A stretch of DNA of 63,679 nucleotides, filler included, from Saprolegnia diclina VS20 (taxonomy: Eukaryota): the NCBI RefSeq assembly GCF_000281045.1. It is 8 parts of 2 records of this genome, joined end to end, with 100 filler letters (N's around TTAATTAATTAA, not from the genome) between each part and the next. Parts side by side here need not be neighbours in the genome. Positions count along the whole stretch, not along the records: positions 33,157 to 52,597 come from NW_008246140.1; 7 more parts are not named here. One strand, given 5' to 3'. Within the stretch, counting starts at the first letter, position 1; every line of letters starts with the position of its first letter. Made by a program: the position numbers and the translations under genes. Shown here in pieces: positions 36,397-48,196 of this stretch. Under the pieces are notes generated by a model. It had not been told where the DNA came from. It saw nothing but the letters and a program-made list of their open reading frames with translations, and did no database searches.

Positions 36397-38408
36397 TCTC
36401 AGTTATTTGTCGCCGTGTACATCGATGCGTTCATACAGTTTTCTTAGTCTTCTTGGCTAATCTTGCCTAAATGAGGAAGGAAATGGCCCAACTACGAACT
36501 CATAGTCCAGTCAATTCGGGACGCAACATGCAGCAGCGATTTCCATTTTGCTTGCCGAGCCCAGATTGGCATCACGCCTTTGAATTGATCGAGGCCTACT
36601 TCTCGGTGTCCACCAACGTCAATGAAGGTGGCCTCTTTGGCACATTCGTTGTGCACTACGCGTCAGCTTTTGACGCAAGCCATGCCACTAGTCGATGTAT
36701 TCGGAGTTCTACCGCATAACTCCGACATCGCACAAAACTTATGCGCGATCTTTCAATGCCATTGCTAGCACAACTGCCTGGTCTAGAGCCTTGGTGTGGT
36801 GATGCTACGCGGTGCTTCGTCAGCAAGCTAACGTTATGTTGATAGGAAGATCTGAGTCTCTTCGCCTCTCAGTCCCGGGGTCAGTGTACGTCATCCACAA
36901 GATGCGTGCCAGTCTAATGAGTTTTGCCCACTCCAGTCGCTGGTGCCTCTCGCGTACGTTCAGCGACTACTGTCTGTAGCTTTGATCCGATTCGCGACGG
37001 ATAAAAGACCTCATGGAGCGCGTCGTCAAGTGCCTCGCCGGGTGGGATCACAGATGAGCAAGACGAGCCCCGCAGCGCCGCATGCACAATCACGGCCCGG
37101 CGACCAAAGGAGATGGCAAGTCTCTGCGTGTGTGGGGTCTTTGTTGCGTCACGACAGAATTGATAGATAACCCGTTTATGTACCTAAACTTCTGTCATTC
37201 GAACGGGACAAGGATCGATCAAGTCCTTCGCCCTTGACTTCACTGCTAGCTCTGGGCGTGACGGTCTTAGAGGGTGCCAGAACACTAGATAGCCAGCGGT
37301 GCCGCGATAATGGCTCCAACTATAGAATCGCTCAAGAACACACCACTCGAGTCGCAGGCCCTCAACGCCGCGGCACTCGTCGGCGTCCTCCGCATCGCCA
37401 GTCGCTCAAAACCTCCAGCTTGTGCTGCCGCGACGATGGTTGCTTCACGTTGCAAAACACCCGCGCGGAATGGCTTCGAGCCCGGCGATCTTTGGCGCGT
37501 ACCAGAAGAAAACCACCGAGCGCGTGCCTGACGGACGTTAGTTGGACCCGGCTGTAATGTAGGCGCTCGATGAGCTAACCGACTACTCACCAACTCATTG
37601 TTCTCATTTCGGTCGTGGTGGTGGCCCCAACGACCACGAGCGGGTGTACGCCCGTCGCTCCCCTTCAACAATAATAACATTGTTGGTGCAAAATAATATC
37701 ATGTCGTTTCTGGTGCTGAGCGGCGGCCTGGTTGTGTGGTCTGGTTTTGACAGAGATGTGGGTACACATTGCTGTGTCGTAGCCACGTTTCGGAAACATC
37801 TGGTATTACCTCCTGCCGGCTCGCCGACCACCCTATCAATTCAACACAGGTCCGCACTTGGGGCCAACTGGGCCTCCATGTACATCGCCGGTACCCTTTT
37901 GGCTCGATACGTAGTGATAGGGCTGCTACGCGGGGCTGTACGGCGCTTTTTCTGTCGATCAAAAATCATTCATGTAAGGACGCGTCGGGAGGCAGAAAGT
38001 TGAAGCCCACTTTTATATGCCGGCGTCACGCAGCGCGTGATAACTGCGTGGTCCCACGCTACGCCACACCCATTTCTGGCCACAAACAGAGTACTCGTAG
38101 TAATGCGCAAAGTACATCGAACCTCGCTTCATGGCAGTGCATTGGTCGAATGAATCGTGAAGTGGGACGTTACGCATCCCATTCACACTGCCGTGCACTC
38201 CCCCGCGGCGGCGCGATAGTACCAGTTGCAATCGTCGGACCCGTACTTCAAGCAAAATACCGTTCGTCCGCGACCAACCGCACCAGATGTCGTCATCTGA
38301 GTTTGTTTACCTTTTGACGTTCCCCTTCTCAGAACGCGGACCGCCTCAACGGCTCAGGAACGCCGATCATCGAACCAATGCCCCAACACACTTTTACATT
38401 TGCCCAGC

Positions 38409-40073
38409 ATGGCGCATCAAGTGCAAGGCAAGATGGACCTCGAGGAGCGCGTCTCCTACATCCAGTCCAACACGCACGAGAAGGACGCCAACGGCAACGG
38501 GTACGCTGACGCCAAGACGCCCGGTGAGCTCGAAGACGGCGCGTTGGTTGAAGGCGGTGCGCTGCACCTCTTTTCGCGCGAGGCGTTTGGTCTCTTTTCG
38601 CAGTACGGTGCGATCGGCGTCATCTACGGCATGATCCCGACCTTGGTCTACCCGCTCTACACGGTGTACCTCGGCATGGAAGGCTACCAGACCGCGTCCT
38701 ACGGCGTGCTCGTCACGACGGGCTGGTCGTTCAAGGTCTTCTTTGGTATGCTCTCGGACTGCGTGCCCATCATGGGCTACCGCCGCAAGTCGTGGATGCT
38801 CATTGGCTGGACCATCACGATGATCTGCCTCGCGATCATGACGTTCACGCCGTTCGGCAAGCCGTACTGCGACCGCCGCTTGACGACCAACCCCAAGACG
38901 TGCGACACGGCGCGGGCCAAGCTTCTCCCGGGGGACCTCGAAAAGTACTTTGACGTCGACGCGCCCAACCGCGGCACGCTCTTCATCATGATGAGCATGC
39001 TCGTCTCGTTCGGCTACGTCATTGCCGCCTGCGCGTCCGATGCCATGGTCGTCCAGTACGCCCAGCGTGAGCCCGTGGCCATTCGCGGCCGCGTCCAAAC
39101 GGCCATCTACGTCGTGCGCACGATGACCGGTGTCATTGCGCAGCTCGTCATCGCGTTCTTCCTCAACGGCAAGGTGTACAAGGGGTCGTTTGACTTTTCG
39201 GTCAGTCCCAACGTCATCTTTGGCATCTGCCTCGTGCCCTGTGTCTTTGTCGTCTTCACCACCATCTTTGTCGTCGTCGAGAAGAAGACGCCGCGCGTCC
39301 CGTTCACCGAGTGGATGAGCATGTTCTGGAACCTCCTCCAGAAGCGCGTCTTGTGGCAGATTTGCGCGTTCCGCTTCATCAGCAACTGCTTCCAGGCCAT
39401 GGGCGCGACGCCCGGTAGCCCCATCTCTGCGTACTGGGCCGAGGTCGAGCCGCTCAACGACTCGCTCTCGGNNNNNNNNNNNNNNNNNNNNNNNNNNNNN
39501 NNNNNNNNNNNNNNNNNNNNNNNNNNNNNNNNNNNNNNNNNNNNNNNNNNNNNNNNNNNNNNNNNNNNNNNCACGGGTGTCGCGCTCGCCGACAACGTGC
39601 CGGGCGGTGTCCGCTTCATCGTCGCCACCTACTGCGCCGTCGAGATTGCCGACATCGGTAACGAGGGCGCCACGTATGGTCTCGTCACGACGATCTCGAA
39701 CCTCGCGTCGCCGTTTGCGTCGGTTCTCTACAAGTACATTGACTCGTACTTCAAGGTCTCGGTCGACGACATCAAGTCGGACACGGACGACATCCGGTGG
39801 GAGGTCGCGTACTGCTACATCATCTCGTACAGCTGCAAGATCGGTGCGCTCTTCTGGCTCTGGATGCTGCCGCCGCAGAAGGCCGCCATGCAGGAGCTCA
39901 AGAAGCGCGGCGGCTCGAGCAAGCTCGCGGGCATCATCTTGATCGTCATGTTCTTTGGTGCGCTCTCGTTCTCGTTGACGAGCAACATCATGGCCATCTT
40001 CCCGTCGACCAAGTGCTACCGCATCGCCGGCGGCAAGGGCACGGTCAACGGCACGTGCCCCGTCAAGAAGTAA
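38409..40073 (+). CDS. BT1/folate-biopterin-transporter-like MFS membrane protein
   Basis: Multi-TM ORF with WSFKVFFGMLSD..PIMGYRRK, ASDAMVV..AQREP...RGRVQ and EGATYGLVTT.SNL. It has an internal 100-N gap and an Inr/FPR-like element at 38388-38404. Confidence 0.88.
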   Translation: MAHQVQGKMDLEERVSYIQSNTHEKDANGNGYADAKTPGELEDGALVEGGALHLFSREAFGLFSQYGAIGVIYGMIPTLVYPLYTVYLGMEGYQTASYGVLVTTGWSFKVFFGMLSDCVPIMGYRRKSWMLIGWTITMICLAIMTFTPFGKPYCDRRLTTNPKTCDTARAKLLPGDLEKYFDVDAPNRGTLFIMMSMLVSFGYVIAACASDAMVVQYAQREPVAIRGRVQTAIYVVRTMTGVIAQLVIAFFLNGKVYKGSFDFSVSPNVIFGICLVPCVFVVFTTIFVVVEKKTPRVPFTEWMSMFWNLLQKRVLWQICAFRFISNCFQAMGATPGSPISAYWAEVEPLNDSLSXXXXXXXXXXXXXXXXXXXXXXXXXXXXXXXXXXTGVALADNVPGGVRFIVATYCAVEIADIGNEGATYGLVTTISNLASPFASVLYKYIDSYFKVSVDDIKSDTDDIRWEVAYCYIISYSCKIGALFWLWMLPPQKAAMQELKKRGGSSKLAGIILIVMFFGALSFSLTSNIMAIFPSTKCYRIAGGKGTVNGTCPVKK

Positions 40074-40777
40074 ACCAAAGACGCAGAAAGCAACGCTGCG
40101 CGTGTGTCTAGTGTCGTTCCTAAATATCACGAAGTGCCCTTGTGGTAATTCCGTTTTAGTTTTGCGTGTGTGACGTCGACCGACTGGTGACAATATTCTC
40201 CATACAAACGGCGAAAATACATAAATGAGCTCAACAACTGTACTAGTACTCGGGAGCGCCCTGTACCAATTTGCAGTCTTGACGTCAAGACGTACAGTGA
40301 TTGTGCCAGTCTTGGCTTGTAGCGTGCCAGGTCGACAGGTCGCACCACGGTGGACTTGTGGAACGCGTTCGAGTGGTATTGATGGACACATGGACATCTT
40401 TCGACTAGCACTTTATCACTGTACACGCACAGACAATGGACTGACGATTCGAGCCGACTACGCGACGCTCATCAAGGCATAGCGATAGCGGTATTTCGAC
40501 GTCAACGGACGCCACGCGACTCGCATGCTGCTTGAGCACTAGACCCGTGAAAGTAGAACAGTCCTTGCATGTTTTAAATCCAGCAAACGCGGGTTTTCAC
40601 AAGCACAATATCGTCTAAACACTCACGAAACTACGATGTTGCTTTGGCCAAAAATGTCAGCTCAATGAAAATCCAAAAGAAAAATCCATGATTCGTTCAA
40701 CAAACAATTACACTTATGGACCTCCCAACACCATCCTTTGACTTTGACCCGAGCGCTGTTTTAGTCATCACGCCGTC

Positions 40778-42232
40778 CTAGTCGCTCGCGCACTCGGCCC
40801 CCGCATCGGGGATGGGCGACGGAAGACCGGCCGAGAGATCAACGAGCGTCCGCACTCCATTGATGCGCTGGAGCATGAACGCGTCAAGGACCGTGCCGTT
40901 GGCGTTGGCCACCCATGTCACGTTGAGCGTATCGCGCGTCGCAATGGCCTTGTTGACGCCGTAAATCTCGGCAATCATCTTGGTCGACCACGGTGACGAC
41001 GACGGGAGGGGCTTGCACACATAGTCGCGGCCACCGGCGCCCGTCGAGAGGTACACCACGCCGTTTTTCGAGTCGATTTTGTTCTGGACGATCGGCGCCG
41101 TGCGCTCGTACGCGTGCACATGGCCCGCAATCACCATGTCGACGCCATGATGCACGTACAAATCTTCAAACTTGGCCTGGTTGGCGCAGTGCGGCTCCTT
41201 GAGAAGCGTCCCGGAGCTCGTCGCATCGTACTTGCCCGCCCAGCACTTGTCGGCGTCGGGAATCTCAAACCGGGTTGGACCGCACTGGCATTGGTGCGAG
41301 TCCCACGAGTTGTAGTACGGGTTGTGCTTGATGACGAGGACCCACGGTGTCTTCTTGCGGTCGACCGCCGCCAAGTCGGTTTCGAGCCATTGGAGCTGCA
41401 AGTTGCGTTCGTTGAGCCAAAACGGCGTCCCCACAGCGCTCTTGTCGTCGCCGCGGGTGCCGGTATAGTCATCAACAAAGACAGCGTGGACGTGGCCAAT
41501 GTCAATCGAGTAGTACGTGCGAAGCTTGGCGTTCTGCGCCGCCGAGACGGGGTTGTTGGCGCGGTGGATGTACCCGAGGTAGTTTTCAGAGACGTACTTA
41601 ACGTCGTTGGGCTTGGTGGGCCCGCCCCCCTTGATCGTCTCGTGGTTGCCGCTGATGCCGAGCGTCGGGATCGACGAAAAGACGGGCTGCGCGGCTTGGT
41701 ACCACGCGTCCCAGTGCTCGTGCTTGCCGTTGGCGTACGCGTAGTCGCCTGCGATCAAGATACCGTGGGGTTTGGTGGCCGCAAGGTTTGCAAGTGTCTC
41801 GGTGATGTGGGGCACATCAATGTCGCCGACGATCCCCAACACCGTGGGCGCATCGCCACTGGTCGAACTCGGCGGAGTCACAAACGAGTTGTCAAAGACG
41901 AACCCACACCCCGCAGTCCCGGCTTCAATTGCATACGTGTACGTCGTGCCCGGCTGAAGGTTGCAGAGCCGCGCCGTGTGCAGAAACGGCGACGTGTAGT
42001 TGTACAATGTTGACGTGACATTGTACGAGTCGACCGTCGTCAGCACCGACTTTGGCGATGCACCGGTCGTCTCATATGACACCGAGAGCGGGCTGTTCAC
42101 GTCACTCGCAAATGCAACAGAGACGCCGTTGGGGCAGTCGACGTTGGCGTTGGTGAGCCCAAGGTGCACTTGGTCGACGGCCGCCGTGACAAGCACCGCC
42201 GAGGCGAGAAGAGACGCGAGTGTGGGGAACAT
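40778..42232 (-). CDS. Secreted purple acid phosphatase / calcineurin-like metallophosphoesterase (copy 1)
   Basis: Signal peptide, N-terminal FN3-like region, and the motifs GDID, GDYAY, GNHE, VIKH and GHVH. Confidence 0.92.
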   Translation of the reverse strand: MFPTLASLLASAVLVTAAVDQVHLGLTNANVDCPNGVSVAFASDVNSPLSVSYETTGASPKSVLTTVDSYNVTSTLYNYTSPFLHTARLCNLQPGTTYTYAIEAGTAGCGFVFDNSFVTPPSSTSGDAPTVLGIVGDIDVPHITETLANLAATKPHGILIAGDYAYANGKHEHWDAWYQAAQPVFSSIPTLGISGNHETIKGGGPTKPNDVKYVSENYLGYIHRANNPVSAAQNAKLRTYYSIDIGHVHAVFVDDYTGTRGDDKSAVGTPFWLNERNLQLQWLETDLAAVDRKKTPWVLVIKHNPYYNSWDSHQCQCGPTRFEIPDADKCWAGKYDATSSGTLLKEPHCANQAKFEDLYVHHGVDMVIAGHVHAYERTAPIVQNKIDSKNGVVYLSTGAGGRDYVCKPLPSSSPWSTKMIAEIYGVNKAIATRDTLNVTWVANANGTVLDAFMLQRINGVRTLVDLSAGLPSPIPDAGAECASD

Positions 42233-42249
42233 GGCAAAATGAAAAATGA
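42233..42249 (-). promoter_or_regulatory. Oomycete Inr+FPR core promoter element
   Basis: TCATTTTTCATTTTGCC abuts the ATG at 42232. Confidence 0.65.
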
Positions 42250-43440
42250 CCCTTGGATTGTGTGGTGAAGGATTAGGATTTTGAGTGACACTTTGGATTG
42301 TGTTTGTGTCGTACCGGATGGCGCTTACCACGAGCCTTTCAAACCGTAGGGGCTACATAGTAAAAGTAAGGTTCATCAGATAGCACATAGTCGGTCTGTA
42401 CTCAATGAGGTCTGTACCACTGGCTGATCCCACCCACTTTAGGTCAAATTTCTGCTTGGATCGTACACATGTGCTCACGCATCAAGGTCGACGCTGTCGC
42501 AGTCCTCTGAGTAGCGGGTACAGGCGTAGTATTCTTGGCAACGATCCGTTGGGTGCAACAGTAGATTCAGAGCCATAGAGAGTGAGGATGAATGGAACCG
42601 AGTTTGCTGTTTGTCGCATCAAAACGTAGTCGAACGACGACTCCAGCATAAATGTGACGCCGGAACGGCCCAAGTTGCCGTTCGAGCTGGCATGCTCGCT
42701 TTTTCAACAGAGTCGCTGAATATGCGCGAGCGTCCTACTTGTAACCATAGCTACAAGGCCATCGCGTTTGTGCTTGTACAAGCAGTTTATACTTTTACGA
42801 CGCATCGCAACAGCCCACTCGCCCAAGAACGTGACGTCAACAACACCTACGAAGGCTTACATTCGACAACGCCAGCCTTGGAACGAACACGCCCACTCGG
42901 TGCTGGTCGTAGATTCAAATTGTCTTGGCTCGGGTATCGACAAGACTGCGGATGCAGTCGCTTGGCGGCACAGCGGTTCACCATGTGATCTGTGATTGTG
43001 AATCTCCTCGCCTCCATCTGCTTGACCATCTGGTGCCCACGGCTTTTCAGCCGTACGTTTGAATTTATCCGGACACAACGTTTCATTCAGAAATACATCC
43101 GGATTCACGGCGAGGATGGATGAGCTATCAGTTGCGCGATGATCGCACTTCTGTTGATCAGTGTGATCGAGTAGTAGAACGGCACGAGAAGCATCGTACT
43201 GGAGCTGAGCGGTCGACGCCGTGTGCATTTTGAAAGCCTTGTGCGTGCATGTACCCTCCTCCGTGTCAGTAATCTTCAACCCATCGTCGTCCGTATCCTC
43301 GCGCTTCTTCCTTGGGGATCCGCGAGACGCCAACGACTTCAAGCTGCGTGATGCAGTAATGCGACTCAGATTCCTATGTAGAACAAATTCCCACCACCAA
43401 AATTCTACGTTGTTTTCGAGGTCATTCTTCAATTGACCGA

Positions 43441-44889
43441 ATGCGGCACACGATCGCGTCGCTCCTCGCATCGGCGATGCTCGTCACGGCGGCCGTCGAC
43501 CAAGTGCACCTTGGCCTTACCAACGCCAACGTCGACTGCCCCAACGGCGTCTCGGTCGCCTTTGCCAGCGACGTCCCAAGTGCAATCTCGGTTTCGTTGG
43601 CGACAGCCGGCGCGGCCGCCAAGACTGTTCAAACGACGATCGACACGTACAGCGTCAAATCGGCGCTGTACAACTACACATCGCCGTTTCTGCACACGGC
43701 GCGCTTCTGCAACCTCAAGGCGAGCACGACGTACACGTATGCCATTGACGCCGGCGCGGCCGGGTGCGGGTCCGCCTTTGACAACTCGTTTGGGATGCCG
43801 CCGAGCGCCGATGCGGCGGACACGCCGACTGTCCTCGGTATTATTGGCGACGTCGGATCCGACCACATTGACGACACTTTGCGCAACACGGCGACCGGGA
43901 TCAACGGTACGGCGGCCCACGCCATTTTTGTTGTTGGCGACTTGGCCTATGCCAACGGCGAGCACGAGCAGTGGGACGCGTGGTACCGCCAAGCGCAACC
44001 AATGTTCGCTTCGATTCCGACGCTTGCGATCGGCGGCAACCACGAGACGACAAAAGGTGGTGGCGCCAAAAAGCCCAAGGACAAGAAGAAATTTCTGCCG
44101 GAGAACTACCTCGGGTACATTCCGCGCGTCAACAACCCGGTCTCGGCGGCGCAGAACGCCAAGCTGCGCACGTACTACTCGATGGATGTCGGACATGTCC
44201 ACGCAGTCTTTGTCGATGACTACGCCGGGTACCGCGGTGGGGACAAGACGGTCGTCGGCACNNNNNNNNNNNNNNNNNNNNNNNNNNNNNNNNNNNNNNN
44301 NNNNNNNNNNNNNNNNNNNNNNNNNNNNNNNNNNNNNNNNNNNNNNNNNNNNNNNNNNNNNNNNNNNNNNNNNNNNNNNNNNNNNNNNNNNNNNNNNNNN
44401 NNNNNNNNNNNNNNNNNNNNNNNNNNNNNNNNNNNNNNNNNNNNNNNNNNNNNNNNNNNNNNNNNNNNNNNNNNNNNNNNNNNNNNNNNNNNNNNNNNNN
44501 NNNNNNNNNNNNNNNNNNNNNNNNNNNNNNNNNNNNNNNNNNNNNNNNNNNNNNNNNNNNNNNNNNNNNNNNNNNNNNNNNNNNNNNNNNNNNNNNNNNN
44601 NNNNNNNNNNNNNNNNNNNNNNNNNNNNNNNNNNNNNNNNNNNNNNNNNNNNNNNNNNNNNNNNNNNNNNNNNNNNNNNNNNNNNNNNNNNNNNNNNNNN
44701 NNNNNNNNNNNNNNNNNNNNNNNNNNNNNNNNNNNNNNNNNNNNNNNNNNNNNNNNNNNNNNNNNNNNNNNNNNNNNNNNNGACGCGTTTGTGATGACGA
44801 AGGACGGCATTGTGAGCTCGACGCCAAGCGACCTCATGACGACGATTGGGCTGCCGCCGGTCGTCGGCGTCTGTGATCTTGATGACTAG
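43441..44889 (+). CDS. Purple acid phosphatase (copy 2, internal gap)
   Basis: Signal peptide with GDVG, GDLAY and GNHE motifs. TCATTCTTCAATTGACC lies upstream. Confidence 0.88.
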   Translation: MRHTIASLLASAMLVTAAVDQVHLGLTNANVDCPNGVSVAFASDVPSAISVSLATAGAAAKTVQTTIDTYSVKSALYNYTSPFLHTARFCNLKASTTYTYAIDAGAAGCGSAFDNSFGMPPSADAADTPTVLGIIGDVGSDHIDDTLRNTATGINGTAAHAIFVVGDLAYANGEHEQWDAWYRQAQPMFASIPTLAIGGNHETTKGGGAKKPKDKKKFLPENYLGYIPRVNNPVSAAQNAKLRTYYSMDVGHVHAVFVDDYAGYRGGDKTVVGXXXXXXXXXXXXXXXXXXXXXXXXXXXXXXXXXXXXXXXXXXXXXXXXXXXXXXXXXXXXXXXXXXXXXXXXXXXXXXXXXXXXXXXXXXXXXXXXXXXXXXXXXXXXXXXXXXXXXXXXXXXXXXXXXXXXXXXXXXXXXXXXXXXXXXXXXXXXXXXXXXXXXXXXXXXXXXDAFVMTKDGIVSSTPSDLMTTIGLPPVVGVCDLDD

Positions 44890-45391
44890 ACTATTCAAAC
44901 CTCAATTTCCTGCTACACGTTAAACTTTTCCTTCTACACGTTGAAACTTTTCCTTTTGAACCTCGATGTATTGTGGTTTTTGGTGATCGATAGCCCCTCA
45001 AAAGCAAATTTACAGGCTCTCGTGGCGTGTATCCATAAATGGAAGTCTTCGCATTATATATATAAATATATGAACGTGTTTCGCGTTATCTTCATAGTTA
45101 CACAAAGACTTCGCATACGTAGAGACTAGCAATCTCCTTCTTCATTCGCTCGCCGGTCCGTGGCTGCGCAGGCGGCGGCGCGGGGGCTCGTCTGGCTCTT
45201 CTGTCGTCGCCCGACGACGCTTGTGGCTGCGGGTGAGGCCCGTGACGCATTAGGGTCTTTAATGTCGTACTCTTAGATTTCACCACAGCAGCGCTTGATG
45301 TCTATTTGCTAGAAAACGAACGACGACGCAATCTGCCGTGGCTGCCTGCCACACGATGCGCACAACGTCTATCTACAGTGGATTCAGGATC

Positions 45392-45434
<43 letters not shown>

Positions 45435-45458
45435 ACTATATATCTATATATATATCTA
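45392..45458. repeat. (CTAT)n microsatellite degrading into (TA)n
   Basis: About 10 perfect CTAT units. Confidence 0.95.
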
Positions 45459-46214
45459 CTTGTCTTCGTATCCAATATCATGCCGCGAAAACAACTGGCC
45501 CAGTTGCTTGTGGCTTAGGGTGTCGCGGCGTTTCCAATGTCGTGCTTCAATACAGTGCAGTAGTACATCGTCGTCGGCAAAACGCAGTAGTAGCCGACAC
45601 GATTCGCCCCGACCCGGCAAGCAAGGGCTACTGTACTTTCGTCCTGTTGAGAGTCCACGCCAGTCCACTCTGATCCGCCAAGATCGTTCATGTAGTGTGG
45701 TAGCACCCATGATTGTGACCTACCCCTCAACCAAAGATTCGATCGACTCGTGCGCTGTATGCGGCACCACCAATAGATTCAAAGCGGCGTGTTTTCATGC
45801 GACAGGACGCTTTTTGGTTACCACAGCCGCTGTCAGCCGTACGTTTTCAGACCACGTGTTGGGCGTCCCATCGTCACTTGTGGCGCCGGTGTCGACACGG
45901 ACTGCCATGCACGAGATACCAAGAGAGAACTGTCGAGACCGCTTCTAGTCGTGGCGATTATGTTATCGTGTTAGCACTATGCGTGCTATCTTGCACGAAA
46001 GACGGGGTCGCAGCAGGGGCACCGCCTTTTTGAAGACAGAAAGGCTATCGTGATGCACGCTACCTTTGGTTTACGACAGCTCGCTTGCCATCGCACGATG
46101 CACCCAGCTACAAAGAGTACCCTGACCATCTTGAACGCTCCAACCAGATTCGGTCCGTTCGACGACTCGCGGTTGGTATTGGCCATCGCCTCAGTTCCCA
46201 CAACTCAATTCGCC

Positions 46215-47689
46215 ATGTTCCCAACACTCGCCTCTCTCCTCGCCTCAGCGGTGCTCGTCACGGCGACCATCGACCAAGTGCACCTTGGTCTTACCAACGC
46301 CAACGTCGACTGCCCCAACGGCGTCGCGGTCGCCTTTGCCAGCGACGTCGGCAGCCCGCTCTCGGTCTCGTTTGCGACGCCGGGCGATTCGCCAAAGTCG
46401 GTGCCGACGACCGTCGACTCGTTCAAGTTCGACTCCAAGCTGTACAGCTACACGTCGCCGTTTCTGCACACGGCGCGGCTCTGCAACCTCAAGGCCAGTG
46501 CCACGTATGCGTATGCGATTGGTGGCAACGGCAAGACGTGCGCGGGCAGCTTTGTCCAGTCGTTTGTGATGCCGCCAAGCGCCGACGCGGACACACCGAC
46601 GGTCCTCGGTATCATTGGCGACGTCGGCTCCGAGTACATTGACGACACCTTGCGCAACACGGCAACCGGGATCAACGGCACAGCGGCCCACGCGATCTTT
46701 ATCGTCGGCGACTTGGCCTATGCCAACGGCGAGCACGAGCAGTGGGACGCGTGGTACCGCCAAGCGCAACCCGTGTTTGCTTCGATTCCGACGCTTGCGA
46801 TCGGCGGCAACCACGAGACGACCAAGGGTGGCGGCGCCAAAAAGCCCAAGGACAAGAAGAAATTTCTGCCGGAGAACTACCTCGGGTACATCCACCACGT
46901 CAACAACCCGGTCTCGGCGGCGCAGAATGCCAAGCTGCGCACGTACTACTCGATGAATGTCGGACATGTCCACGCGGTCTTTGTGGACGATTATGTCGGG
47001 TACCGCGGCGACGACGACGATGTTGTCGGCACCAAGCCGTGGATGGACGAGCGCAACTTGCAGCTGCAGTGGCTCGAGAAGGACTTGGCGTCCGTGGACC
47101 GAAAGAAGACGCCGTGGGTCCTTGTACTCAAGCACAACCCGTACTACAACTCGTGGGATCGCCACCAGTGCCAGTGCGACNNNNNNNNNNNNNNNNNNNN
47201 NNNNNNNNNNNNNNNNNNNNNNNNNNNNNNNNNNNNNNNNNNNNNNNNNNNNNNNNNNNNNNNNNNNNNNNNNNNNNNNNNNNNNNNNNNNNNNNNNNNN
47301 NNNNNNNNNNNNNNNNNNNNNNNNNNNNNNNNNNNNNNNNNNNNNNNNNNNNNNNNNNNNNNNNNNNNNNNNNNNNNNNNNNNNNNNNNNNNNNNNNNNN
47401 NNNNNNNNNNNNNNNNNNNNNNNNNNNNNNNNNNNNNNNNNNNNNNNNNNNNNNNNNNNNNNNNNNNNNNNNNNNNNNNNNNNNNNNNNNNNNNNNNNNN
47501 NNNNNNNNNNNNNNNNNNNNNNNNNNNNNNNNNNNNNNNNNNNNNNNNNNNNNNNNNNNNNNNNNNNNNNNNNNNNNNNNNGACGCGTTTGTGATGACGA
47601 AGGACGGCATTGTGAGCTCGACGCCAAGCGACCTCATGACGACGATTGGGCTGCCGCCGGTCGTCGGCGTCTGTGACCTTGATGACTAG
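46215..47689 (+). CDS. Purple acid phosphatase (copy 3, internal gap)
   Basis: MFPTLASLL signal peptide with GDVG, GDLAY, GNHE and VLKH motifs. The C-terminus is the same as in copy 2. Confidence 0.88.
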
Positions 47690-48196
47690 GCTCTCGTGAC
47701 GCAACGATGTTCTCGCAAGAAGACTTGGGCGGTGGCTTTTTTTAGGAATAAAAATACGTTCGCGCCATTTTTTGAGATTTGATTCGCTTGCACGAGCGCA
47801 TGCCACGTCACGACGAGTCCGTTTCAGATCTTATACCATATAAAAACACACTGCTCTTGCAATACCGGTGCGCTGGACTTCCACAAGGTGCATGCAGGTA
47901 TCTTGGTTTCGCTTTCGTCCGACCAGCAGCCAAGGTCATCTTTACCTCAGCCACGACTGTGCAATGATCGAAAGGTGGCAAGCATCTTGGCACCGATGCA
48001 CTGAGGTCGCTCAAGTTCAAGCTGCGATTCTAGCGCAATATGCTCTCAACAAGCTTATCGCCTTATCGATATCGGGACCAACGTTCCGCTGTATTCCAGC
48101 GGGTGGCCTCTTTTTCAAAATGCTACTTTGGTGTCGACGCAAGCTATTTGATTGGCTATTTTTAGACCAATCAAACGTCGGCTAGCTCTTGCCACC

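Noticed and set aside
42857..43471. 204-aa minus-strand ORF between the divergent phosphatases
   Set aside because: It has no ATG-supported start or recognisable domain and overlaps the start and promoter of phosphatase copy 2.
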